From: Bauldia sp.
GTDB lineage: Bacteria; Pseudomonadota; Alphaproteobacteria; Rhizobiales; Kaistiaceae
Assembly: GCA_020853895.1 (NCBI GenBank)
Contig: JADYYB010000121.1
Coordinates: 470 to 64,469 of the forward strand
Direction: 5' to 3'
DNA: 64,000 bases
Shown here piece after piece: positions 45,837-53,852 of the stretch (positions are counted from its first letter, which is position 1; every line of letters starts with the position of its first letter). The position numbers and the translations under genes are program-made. The notes beneath the pieces were generated by a model, which had not been told where the DNA came from, ran no database searches, and was given only the letters and a program-made list of their open reading frames with translations.

Positions 45837-46667
45837 TCAGAGACCCGCGTGCTTCTGCTCGAGCCGGCGATTGTTGCGCCACACCCGAAGGAGCAGGATG
45901 CCCATGATGATCAGGGAGATCGCCCCGATCACGATCCCGAATCCGAGGCTGTAGTCGATACGGTATGCGCCGGTCGTCGCATCGTAGACGGTACAGAGGA
46001 ACTTGACGCGTTCGAGCAATCCGTCCAGCGAGAGGGACCGCAAGCTCGATCCCAGGACCAGTTCCTTGAGGGGCTCCACGAAGACCTGCATGGGAAACTG
46101 ATCGCCGTAGACGTGGCGGTAGACACGACCGTCCGCATCCAGAATCGTCGTCCGCGTCAGATGGTCGAACCCGCCGGCGGTCGGAGCGTAGGAGAAGCCC
46201 ACCTCATCCAGGAAGGCTTCCATCTCCGCGGCCTCTCCGCCGGCCACTGTCCAGGCCGGCTCCCGCGCGATCCCCTGGACGCGTGCGAAGTCGGCAAGCC
46301 TCGCAGGGGTGTCGTTGCGGACGTCGAAGCCGATCGTCAGCACGTTGAACGCGTTGCTGCCCACCGCAGCGCGAGCACTGTCGACGGCGCGTCTCAACGT
46401 CTGCGTGGTCGCCGGACAGATCGTGTTGCAACTGGTGTAGACTAGGCTGATGACCAGCGGCCTTCCGCGATAGTCGGCAAGCGTGAGCGTCTCGCCATCC
46501 GATCGGAAGAACGTCCCGTCCACCACTCGGCCGATGATGGCCTCGCTCCTCGCGAGCGCGGCATCGCGGTCGATACGCGGCAGCTCCTCATGGCCCGCTG
46601 CTGCCGTCGAAAGGACAAGCCCTCCGATCACGACCCCAAGCCGGAAGCGATGATACCTTGTCCGCAT
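45837..46667 (-). CDS. SCO1/SenC copper chaperone with C-terminal TM segment
   Basis: 276 aa with an N-terminal anchor, the thioredoxin-like motif LVYTSCNTICPATT (CxxxC), and a C-terminal hydrophobic helix. Confidence 0.85.
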   Translation of the reverse strand: MRTRYHRFRLGVVIGGLVLSTAAAGHEELPRIDRDAALARSEAIIGRVVDGTFFRSDGETLTLADYRGRPLVISLVYTSCNTICPATTQTLRRAVDSARAAVGSNAFNVLTIGFDVRNDTPARLADFARVQGIAREPAWTVAGGEAAEMEAFLDEVGFSYAPTAGGFDHLTRTTILDADGRVYRHVYGDQFPMQVFVEPLKELVLGSSLRSLSLDGLLERVKFLCTVYDATTGAYRIDYSLGFGIVIGAISLIIMGILLLRVWRNNRRLEQKHAGL

Positions 46668-46706
46668 ACACCCGCTCCACCAGACCAGCGACTGTCGCTG
46701 GACTCC

Positions 46707-48431
46707 TTACCTGAAGAGCCAAACCTCCGATAGATACTTCCAATTTATGAAGTAGTAGAGCAGGAACGCTATGAAGAATACCGCCACCAAGGTGATCGTG
46801 CCGGGCAGCTTGACCGTATTGTAACTTCCATATTGACCCACCACTTTTGCGGCGGAGTGAAGTGGGAATGTCAGTGGGACCGCCTCCCTGTCGAGGCGCT
46901 TTCCGAACAGAACCGTTCCGACGGTGATGGCGATGTAGAGCAGCCCACCGATGGCGGCCAAGATGGCGGAAAGACCGTTGAGCGCCATCATGAGGAAGGC
47001 GCCGGGCGCGATTTCAAAGCCGAGATTGGCGTCGGCGAAGGTTATGTCCCAATGGCGGCGCGGCACGCCCAGGGTGCCAGCGCCCATCATGAACAGGGAT
47101 ATCCCCGCAGCGCCTATACCAAAAATGTAAGGCTGGTACTTGGCCAGCTTCGGCCAGATGATGTCCCGCTGGAAGATCAGCGGAAGCACATAATAAGTGA
47201 TGGCCATGAAGGCGAGGGTCGTTCCGGCCACGACAGTGCCGTGGAAATGGCCCGGAGCGTAGAGCGTATTGTGCATCAGCACGTTGAGCTGCTCCGTTCC
47301 CAGCACGACTCCCGAGATGCCCCCGATGAAGCCGAACAACACCAGCGAAAGGAACATGCCCGAGAAGGCCGGGTTACCCCAGGGAGCCTTGCGCAGCCAT
47401 TCGAACACCCCCTTGGTGAACCCGTTGCGACGCTGAGCCGCCTCGATGGCGCCCGGCACTGTGAGTCCGTGGATCATCGAGGCGAGGACGGCGAGATACA
47501 TGAGGTAGCTCGCGTTGACGATCTTCCAAGCGGAGCTGAGGCCGGGTTCGGCGAGCAGATGATGGGCGGAAGCGAGCTGCAGGAAGAGGATGTAGAGGAA
47601 GAACGCGGTTCGGCTGACCTTCTCCGACAGGGGCTTCGCCCCCACCGTGAGCGCGGCGATCAAATACCAGACGCTGACATGAGCCGCGACGTTGACCTGC
47701 TGGGACGAGTGTCCCATCCCCCACCAGACGACCTTGTACATCAGGGGATCGATGTAGGGGATGAGACCGAGCGACCAGAGAAAAGTCGGAACGAGGATGA
47801 TGGCTCCCGAAGCCAGCGTGAATACCGCGATGATTGCCGCTGTAAGCGCGCCAAAGGTAACGAGTGGAATCGATCCCTGATAGGTGCGCTCCTCACGGGC
47901 AATCACCAGCGTTGCGAAGAACACCCCCAACGCCAGCAGCGCTCCAACCGCGAAGAGGATAAGTCCCAGATAGAAGTGAGGGGCGGCTTCCATCGGCGGA
48001 TAGGAGGTGAACATCACGCTCGAATTGCCTTGCAGCACCGCTACATTGGCAGTGATTGCGCCCAGTACCATGAGCACGAAGGCCAGCCAGGCTATGCGCG
48101 GCGCAGCGAGACGCGAACTGAGGATCACGGCGGACGCGAAGTAGAGCACCGCCACTTCGAAGAAGATGATCCAGAACAGGAGAACGTTGGCGCCGTGGCC
48201 GGTCAGGAGCAGATAGAACCAATCCGCTGGCAGCAGATGCACGGCCGGCCAGCGGGTCAGCGCCACGAGAAGGCCCATGAGCCCACCCCAGGCCAGAAAG
48301 ATCACCGCAACGACCGCATTCGCCTTGATCAATTGCTGCGCTGCAGCCTCGACCCGGAATCCCGTGTAGCCGCAAATCCTCGAGACGACGTCCCGGCGGG
48401 CGCCACTAATCGGAATGTCGGCAGCGGTCAT
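46707..48431 (-). CDS. haem-copper oxidase superfamily subunit I, B-family(ba3)-like, lacking the cross-linked Tyr
   Basis: ATG 48431 overlaps the subunit II stop (ATGA). All six His ligands are present (TGHG; GMGH; SAHH; PGHFH). By eye it aligns along its length with T. thermophilus ba3 subunit I, as recalled from memory. Helix VI reads GHSSQQVN in place of GHPIVY. Confidence 0.9.
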   Translation of the reverse strand: MTAADIPISGARRDVVSRICGYTGFRVEAAAQQLIKANAVVAVIFLAWGGLMGLLVALTRWPAVHLLPADWFYLLLTGHGANVLLFWIIFFEVAVLYFASAVILSSRLAAPRIAWLAFVLMVLGAITANVAVLQGNSSVMFTSYPPMEAAPHFYLGLILFAVGALLALGVFFATLVIAREERTYQGSIPLVTFGALTAAIIAVFTLASGAIILVPTFLWSLGLIPYIDPLMYKVVWWGMGHSSQQVNVAAHVSVWYLIAALTVGAKPLSEKVSRTAFFLYILFLQLASAHHLLAEPGLSSAWKIVNASYLMYLAVLASMIHGLTVPGAIEAAQRRNGFTKGVFEWLRKAPWGNPAFSGMFLSLVLFGFIGGISGVVLGTEQLNVLMHNTLYAPGHFHGTVVAGTTLAFMAITYYVLPLIFQRDIIWPKLAKYQPYIFGIGAAGISLFMMGAGTLGVPRRHWDITFADANLGFEIAPGAFLMMALNGLSAILAAIGGLLYIAITVGTVLFGKRLDREAVPLTFPLHSAAKVVGQYGSYNTVKLPGTITLVAVFFIAFLLYYFINWKYLSEVWLFR

Positions 48432-48982
48432 GGCTGAGCTCCGCCCTCGCTCGCGAGTACGATGATCCGGCCGAGCATCTGATGATGGCCGATCCCGCAA
48501 TACTCATTGCAGACGATCCCGTACTCGCCCGCTTCGGTCGGGGTCACTGTGATCACGTGCTCGTATCCCGGGTGGACTTGGATGTTGATGTTGGTCGGCA
48601 GCAACGAGAACCCGTGCTGCCAATCGGCGGACGACAGATGGATTCGGTAGCTCTCGCCCTCGCGAAGCTGCAGGATCGGCCACCATTCCCAGAGCCGCGC
48701 GAGCATATAGGCATCGCCGCCGACCGGGGGCTGCACGACCGGCACGCCCGCCTCCTCGCCAACCTGATACTGCCCTGCGAAGTCGTAGACCTTCTGCTCG
48801 TACTCGCCAGGGGTTACGCGATAAGTTTCATTGGAGAGGTTCTGGCCGCCGAAGAAGTGCCACGCCACCATGAAGAAGAACATGAACAAACCCCAAAGGA
48901 ACGCGATCGCGATCCAAATGAGTTCGACACGTTCGATCGGCTCGTTCCACCAGACTCGCTTCTCGGGTGAAGCAATAGTCAC
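48428..48982 (-). CDS. haem-copper oxidase subunit II with intact CuA site
   Basis: 184 aa. The GTG start follows AGGGAGG. One TM segment. The cupredoxin motif H-X34-C-X-E-X-C-X3-H-X2-M is present (DWQH...CNEYCGIGHHQM). Confidence 0.9.
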   Translation of the reverse strand: MTIASPEKRVWWNEPIERVELIWIAIAFLWGLFMFFFMVAWHFFGGQNLSNETYRVTPGEYEQKVYDFAGQYQVGEEAGVPVVQPPVGGDAYMLARLWEWWPILQLREGESYRIHLSSADWQHGFSLLPTNINIQVHPGYEHVITVTPTEAGEYGIVCNEYCGIGHHQMLGRIIVLASEGGAQP

Positions 48983-49005
48983 GAGCGGCCTCCCTTACCG
49001 GAATG

Positions 49006-49170
49006 TCAGCCCAGGGGAATGGACACGATCTCCATCACGCCCCAGATGATGTAGAGGACGGTGGGGATCGTGATGCCCAGCGTGAGAAGCAGGAAGGGGT
49101 TGTCCAGGATCCGCTGCATCGTCGGGATCCGATCCTCCTCTGCTCGCGTCGAATCAGGCCGGTCCGTCAT
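49006..49170 (-). CDS. 54-aa single-TM peptide (subunit IIa-like position)
   Basis: ATG 49170 is preceded by GGAGG. The sequence is MTDRPDSTRAEEDRIPTMQRILDNPFLLLTLGITIPTVLYIIWGVMEIVSIPLG. The longer track ORF starts at a TTG with no RBS. Confidence 0.45.
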   Translation of the reverse strand: MTDRPDSTRAEEDRIPTMQRILDNPFLLLTLGITIPTVLYIIWGVMEIVSIPLG

Positions 49171-49434
49171 TCCCGCACCTCCATGGCCGCCCTCCCAGGG
49201 GCCTTGATTCCATTTTATGGCACCACAGGTTTTTGAGGCCCGCAACCAAAAAATGGGACGGGCGCAGTGAAACTACGACTTGACAGGCCACGATTTTGAC
49301 CAAGGCATCCCTGACGCATGGCCTCATCGGAACGTCCTAGTATAAGCTTATGATGATTGAACCTGGCTTCTCGCCAAGTGGGTGGGCTGCGGGAACACTG
49401 GCGAGGCGTGGGCGTATTGTATGGAGGAACTCCC

Positions 49435-49884
49435 ATGAACCATCGAAATCTTGCCACTGTCGTCGCGTTCGTGTTGCTCCTGGGCTTCTCGTCTTCCCAG
49501 GGCGAGGCACAGGAGGCCGACCCCGCGCTGAGGAGTGCCATAGCGGCGGCCGATCCCGGCGCAGGTCAGAGCGTTTCGACGCGCTGTTCCGCGTGTCACA
49601 CCTTTGACGAGAACGGGCAGAATAGAGTCGGTCCCAATCTGTACGGGGTCGTTGGACGGGGGATCGGGGGGAAAGAGGGCTTCAACTACTCGCCACCCTT
49701 TCAGCAGCTCATGGCCGCCGGCGACACCTGGACCTTCGAGAGGCTTGATGGCTTCCTCGCCGATCCCCGGGGCACGATCCCAGGCACCCGCATGGCTGTT
49801 CCTGGAATCACCGATGAAGCGGATCGTCACAACTTGGTCGCCTATCTGCGAACCCTGTCTGCCTCCCCAGTCCTGCTCGAATAG
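49435..49884 (+). CDS. class I c-type cytochrome (c2/c550-like), periplasmic
   Basis: ATG 49435 follows GGAGG. It has a signal peptide, then CSACH, GPNLYGVVGR and a distal Met in GTRMAV. It is divergent from the oxidase operon. Confidence 0.85.
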   Translation: MNHRNLATVVAFVLLLGFSSSQGEAQEADPALRSAIAAADPGAGQSVSTRCSACHTFDENGQNRVGPNLYGVVGRGIGGKEGFNYSPPFQQLMAAGDTWTFERLDGFLADPRGTIPGTRMAVPGITDEADRHNLVAYLRTLSASPVLLE

Positions 49885-50651
49885 CCAGCCTCCGGCTTGA
49901 ATTGCCGGAGCGGCACGGCACGGTGGCCTCTCCGGAATTGAGGGGTCGGCGGATTGACGATCAGGCGCTGCGTTTGGGAGAGGGGACCGCCGGGCAAGGG
50001 GAGAGTTGCCCGGCGGTCAAACGAAGGATCTTCCTTGTCCGTGCGGAGTCCTTCGCGGTTCTGACGACGCCGTGGCAACAGCCAGCGGCGCTTTCGGCTC
50101 GGCAGGTCAATCAGGGTCCGAACGGGCTGAACCGTCGCTTCGAGAGAGCATAGGCTGCTTCCCCCAAATCTCGGTTCAGTCTCTTTCGATCTTGAATCGA
50201 TGCCAGGTCGTCGGGCTCTGGCCACCCTCCCCAAGAAGGGCGCTCCCACTCATCCTGGTCAGGGCATGCTTGCACGGTGCCACCGCGCGACGTGGGCTTC
50301 CCCGAAGGCCATCTCGCAGGTACTGAACGACTCTCTTTCTGGGGCATGGCAGGCCCTAGACTGGGCAGGATGGCCGTCCGCGCATTGATCCCGGTCAATC
50401 CTGAGATCACGTCGCGAAAGAGGTCAGCCCACCGAGAGGCCTCGTCGGTACGGCTGGGCGGGCTCGAGGACTCTCCCGCCCGCTCATGCCCAGCGCCGAG
50501 TGTCGTCGATCGCTCCTACCGGCGCGAAGAAGATCCTGGGCCGCATCCCGACCGTCCAGACTTTGGCAGATCAAGGGCGCCACCTCGACGAGGACCTGGC
50601 GCCGGCACGGCGGGCACGAAGCGATGATCCGCGCCCCACGGAGGGGCCGGG

Positions 50652-51059
50652 TTACTGCAGTACGCGGAAGGCGATGCCGATTGCCAACGCCGCGGCGGCG
50701 AGACAGGTGGGAACGACCAGAACCAGGACCAACGCGGCGCCGCCGGGGATAGGTCCCGTAGCGGTGGCCATTTGTCCCTTCAGGAACTGCCCGAAACCCC
50801 CGCCCGCCCGGCGGAGAAGCATGAAGGCCACCAGCGCAAGGGTGACGACGAAGCCGGTCGCGGCAGCGCCGGTGAAGGCCCAGCCGAGAGCGGCGAACAT
50901 GATCGCATAGATGAGGATCGACCATGCCATGACCCCCGCCGGGAAGTCGGTCGCGACTGGCTTGCCGAGTTCGCGCAGCCAGGGCGAGGTCGTGTGCTTG
51001 ACCGGCGGGATATAAGGAGGAGCATGAACCGTTTTGGTTCGGGCATAGGCGACTTCCAT
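50652..51059 (-). CDS. hypothetical polytopic membrane protein, 135 aa
   Basis: ATG 51059 is preceded by GGAGGGG. It has 3-4 hydrophobic helices. An FNR box is centred 66 bp upstream. Confidence 0.55.
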   Translation of the reverse strand: MEVAYARTKTVHAPPYIPPVKHTTSPWLRELGKPVATDFPAGVMAWSILIYAIMFAALGWAFTGAAATGFVVTLALVAFMLLRRAGGGFGQFLKGQMATATGPIPGGAALVLVLVVPTCLAAAALAIGIAFRVLQ

Positions 51060-51118
51060 GTTATTCCCCTCCGACCAACTCCCATTTATTAAGTCTGCCT
51101 GCCGCCGTACTTAAGCTC

Positions 51119-51132
51119 TTGAGCTAGATCAA
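51119..51132. promoter_or_regulatory. FNR/FixK-type box TTGAGCTAGATCAA
   Basis: Perfect TTGA-N6-TCAA in an AT-richer intergenic patch. The centre is 66 bp from ATG 51059. Confidence 0.65.
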
Positions 51133-51383
51133 AACACGACAAGGCACCTCGCCTGCGTCCTACAATAACTTTAGGCGAGCCGACTTCAGCGACATGACAA
51201 CTCCAAGGGACCCTCGCTGTCTGCTTTTGTGGACGCTGTTGGGAACCGCAGAGCAGCGAGGAGTCCCTTGGATAGTGCGTGATCGGGCAAATCAATTGAG
51301 CCGAGAGGACCCTTGTCGATTTCTGCTCGTGCTCAACGGCTCCTGCCCTCGCACGCAGCATTCTTCATAAGGCAATCCGCCGC

Positions 51384-52349
51384 TCAGTCTTTGCTCCAGA
51401 TCAAAGACTGGGTATCCCTCGTCGGACTCGCCGGTCGCGAGAAGCGGCATGTCTCGCGGAGACCGCGCTCGCTCGAGGCGCCTGCGCCCGCCCCCAGCAG
51501 TCGCTCGCCGCGCTGCGCGGCAAGTCTTCGCAGCGTCACCTTTGCCGCGGACCTGCCAAAGAAATGATAGCCCGAGCCGCCCTCGGCGAGGACGTCGAGG
51601 AAGGCATCCGGATCGGTGATGCGCACGCCGCCGAGGATATGACAGCCGCGCTTGAAGAACGCATCCGGGATCATGGTGACGGTTGGGCCAACCACCACGA
51701 TCCGCGCCGAGGGCTTCGCCAGCGCGATCAGTCCTTCGAGCGTATCGTTGACGAGCGTGGTGCCCGTGACGATCAGGACGTCCGCCAGAGGCACCACTTC
51801 GGGAGCGCGCTCGGCCTCCCGGAAATGAGGCATCTCATGCGGTTTCAGGGCGGCGGGATCCTTTTCCAGCACGAAGTGCCTGGCGCCGATCCTGCGCAGC
51901 TCGCGCATGAAGGGCACGAAAGCTCCGACGACAACAACCGTGTCGGCCGGCCGCACCCCAGCCGCCTCGAAGGCATCGAGGCCCTCGACGGAGTCGAAGC
52001 CCCTTCCCCCTCCCCGCCGCTCCGCGACGAGCTGCGCAAGGGCGTTCAGCGTCGCGATGCCGACCGCCCGGCGGACGCCCGTCTGACCGGCTGCTTCGTC
52101 GAGAAGACCGTCGGCGCGGCGCCCGACCAGCTTGCCTGGAAACGGCATCGCCATCGCCGAGGACGGGCAGCACACCGCCTCGGGGATTTCCTTGATCGGT
52201 GTGGCGCAGCTTCCGGCGTGCCCGGTCGAGAGTTTCACGCCGGTGAAGAAGAGGCCGATCACGGCCCGCTCGACTGCGATCTCGTCAAGCGCGGGTCCCA
52301 GCTCATCGCGGACGATCCCGGCTGTCGTCTCGAGAATAGTGTCTGTCAC
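51384..52349 (-). CDS. DUF4213/DUF364 (putative heavy-metal chelation, Rossmann-like) protein
   Basis: 321 aa with a GTG start: VIGLFFTGVKLSTGHAGSCATP...VVVVGAFVPFMRELR...DVLIVTGTTLVNDTLEGLI...IVVVGPTVTM. Confidence 0.7.
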   Translation of the reverse strand: MTDTILETTAGIVRDELGPALDEIAVERAVIGLFFTGVKLSTGHAGSCATPIKEIPEAVCCPSSAMAMPFPGKLVGRRADGLLDEAAGQTGVRRAVGIATLNALAQLVAERRGGGRGFDSVEGLDAFEAAGVRPADTVVVVGAFVPFMRELRRIGARHFVLEKDPAALKPHEMPHFREAERAPEVVPLADVLIVTGTTLVNDTLEGLIALAKPSARIVVVGPTVTMIPDAFFKRGCHILGGVRITDPDAFLDVLAEGGSGYHFFGRSAAKVTLRRLAAQRGERLLGAGAGASSERGLRETCRFSRPASPTRDTQSLIWSKD

Positions 52350-52484
52350 AAGCGCACCGCCTTTCCATATCGTTGGGCGGGCTCATCAACTTCGCCCTCG
52401 CCCTTCCACCCTTCGGCGGCCAATGACGGCAGCTGCGACTCAGGGGGCTGGAGTAGCCCCGTGCTCGTGCGTCAATCCGCCCGC

Positions 52485-52538
52485 CCGATATATCTACACA
52501 AATATATCGGCGCTGGATATGTCTATTGAAACATATCG
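52485..52538. promoter_or_regulatory. two tandem AT-rich palindromes (Mo-box/ModE-operator-like)
   Basis: IR1 at 52485-52510 is CCGATATAT-ctacacaa-ATATATCGG. IR2 at 52515-52538 is GGATATGT-ctattgaa-ACATATCG. Both have 8-nt spacers. They lie 14-67 bp upstream of ATG 52552. Confidence 0.6.
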
Positions 52539-52551
52539 TGGAGGAAAGAGA

Positions 52552-52797
52552 ATGACCGAGGTCGTGTCAAAGCCCGTTGTTCTGACCAAGATGTGCGAGC
52601 TGCATGGTATCGACATGCCGAAGGAAGGAGAGTTGGCAGAGCGCTTCAGCCGAGCATTCCCATCCGCCAACTACGACCAAAATGCCGGAGAGTGGCGCAT
52701 GGTCTGGAAGAAAGGCGCATACGCCGAATCCAAGGCGCGTCTCGAGGCCTTCTTCGCCGACAACGGGGTTGAGATCCGTCAAGTCGACAGATGCTAG
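52552..52797 (+). CDS. hypothetical protein, 81 aa
   Basis: ATG 52552 is preceded by GGAGGAAAG. Its stop overlaps the permease start. The sequence begins MTEVVSKPVVLTKMCELHGIDMPKEGELAERF.... I recognise no family. Confidence 0.5.
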   Translation: MTEVVSKPVVLTKMCELHGIDMPKEGELAERFSRAFPSANYDQNAGEWRMVWKKGAYAESKARLEAFFADNGVEIRQVDRC

Positions 52798-53852
52798 AGA
52801 ACCCCGCCGCTGTCCGCCTTCCGATCCGAGGCGGCAGCTCTGCCCGCACTCGTGACCGGGCGGTGCTGGCTGCGCTGGTGTTGCTGTTGGGGGCGCTGGC
52901 GGTCTTGTCGATAGGAATGGGCCGCGTACCCATTCCGCCGGAACGCATCGTCGCCATCCTCGGCTCCAGATTGTTGCCCATCGAGCCGTTCTGGACATCC
53001 GGCGAGGCGCTCATCGTCCAGAATGTGAGGCTGCCGCGCATCCTGGCGGCGATCATGGTCGGGGCAGCGCTCGCCGCCGCGGGTGCCGCCTACCAGAACC
53101 TCTTCCGCAATCCGATCGTGTCGCCCGACATACTGGGCGTGTCGGCAGGAGCCGGCTTCGGCGCGTCGCTCGCGGTGATGCTCAATCTGGGCGTCGTCGG
53201 CGTCCAGCTATCGGCGTTCGGCACCGGGCTCCTGGCGGTTGTGCTGTGCTACCTGATCGGCCAGGCCATCAATCGGCATTCGCTGATCGTTCTCGTGCTG
53301 GTGGGCGTTGTCATCGGCGCCTTCTTTCAGGCCATGATCTCGGTGCTGAAGATCGTTGCCGACCCGGTGGACGTCCTGCCCGTCATCACTTTCTGGCTGC
53401 TGGGCGGTCTGAACAAGACCACGCCGGATGACCTGCCTGTGGTTGCGGCGATCATCGGAGCGGGTCTGGCGCTGCTCCATGCGCTGCGCTGGCAGGTGAA
53501 TGTCATGAGCGTGGGCGAGGAGGAAGCCCGCAATCTCGGTATCAATGTCCGGCTGATCAGCTCCTTGCTCGTGCTCGCCGCCACGCTGATGACGGCCGCG
53601 GCGGTCTCGATCGCCGGTATCGTCGGCTGGGTCGGGCTGGTGGTCCCGCATATGGCGCGCATGCTGGTGGGGCCGAGCTTCGAGCGGATGTTCCCTGTCG
53701 CAATCGTCGTTGGCGCGCTGTTCGTGCTGCTGGTGGACGACTTCGCCCGCGCCGCGAGTTCGATGGAATTGCCGCTCGGCATCGTCACCAGCGTGATCGG
53801 CGCGCCGCTGTTCATCGCCTTGCTGATGCGCGCCCGGACAGCGTGGGCGTGA
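52791..53852 (+). CDS. FecCD-family (type II, BtuC/MolB-like) ABC importer permease
   Basis: 353 aa: RLPRILAAIMVGAALAAAGAAYQNLFRNPIVSPDILGVSAGAGFG...TTPDDL...SIAGIVGWVGLVVPHMAR. Confidence 0.9.
   Translation: MLENPAAVRLPIRGGSSARTRDRAVLAALVLLLGALAVLSIGMGRVPIPPERIVAILGSRLLPIEPFWTSGEALIVQNVRLPRILAAIMVGAALAAAGAAYQNLFRNPIVSPDILGVSAGAGFGASLAVMLNLGVVGVQLSAFGTGLLAVVLCYLIGQAINRHSLIVLVLVGVVIGAFFQAMISVLKIVADPVDVLPVITFWLLGGLNKTTPDDLPVVAAIIGAGLALLHALRWQVNVMSVGEEEARNLGINVRLISSLLVLAATLMTAAAVSIAGIVGWVGLVVPHMARMLVGPSFERMFPVAIVVGALFVLLVDDFARAASSMELPLGIVTSVIGAPLFIALLMRARTAWA

Noticed and set aside
49218-49223. TGGCAC resembling a sigma-54 -24 element upstream of the cytochrome c gene.
   Set aside because: The required GC of the -12 element (TTGC, 10 nt after the GG) is absent; the sequence there is GTTTT.
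52350-52551. A cobalamin riboswitch or Fur box upstream of the BtuCD/FecCD-like importer.
   Set aside because: No B12-box-like sequence and no GATAATGATAATCATTATC-like Fur box is visible. The only structured elements are the two Mo-box-like palindromes.
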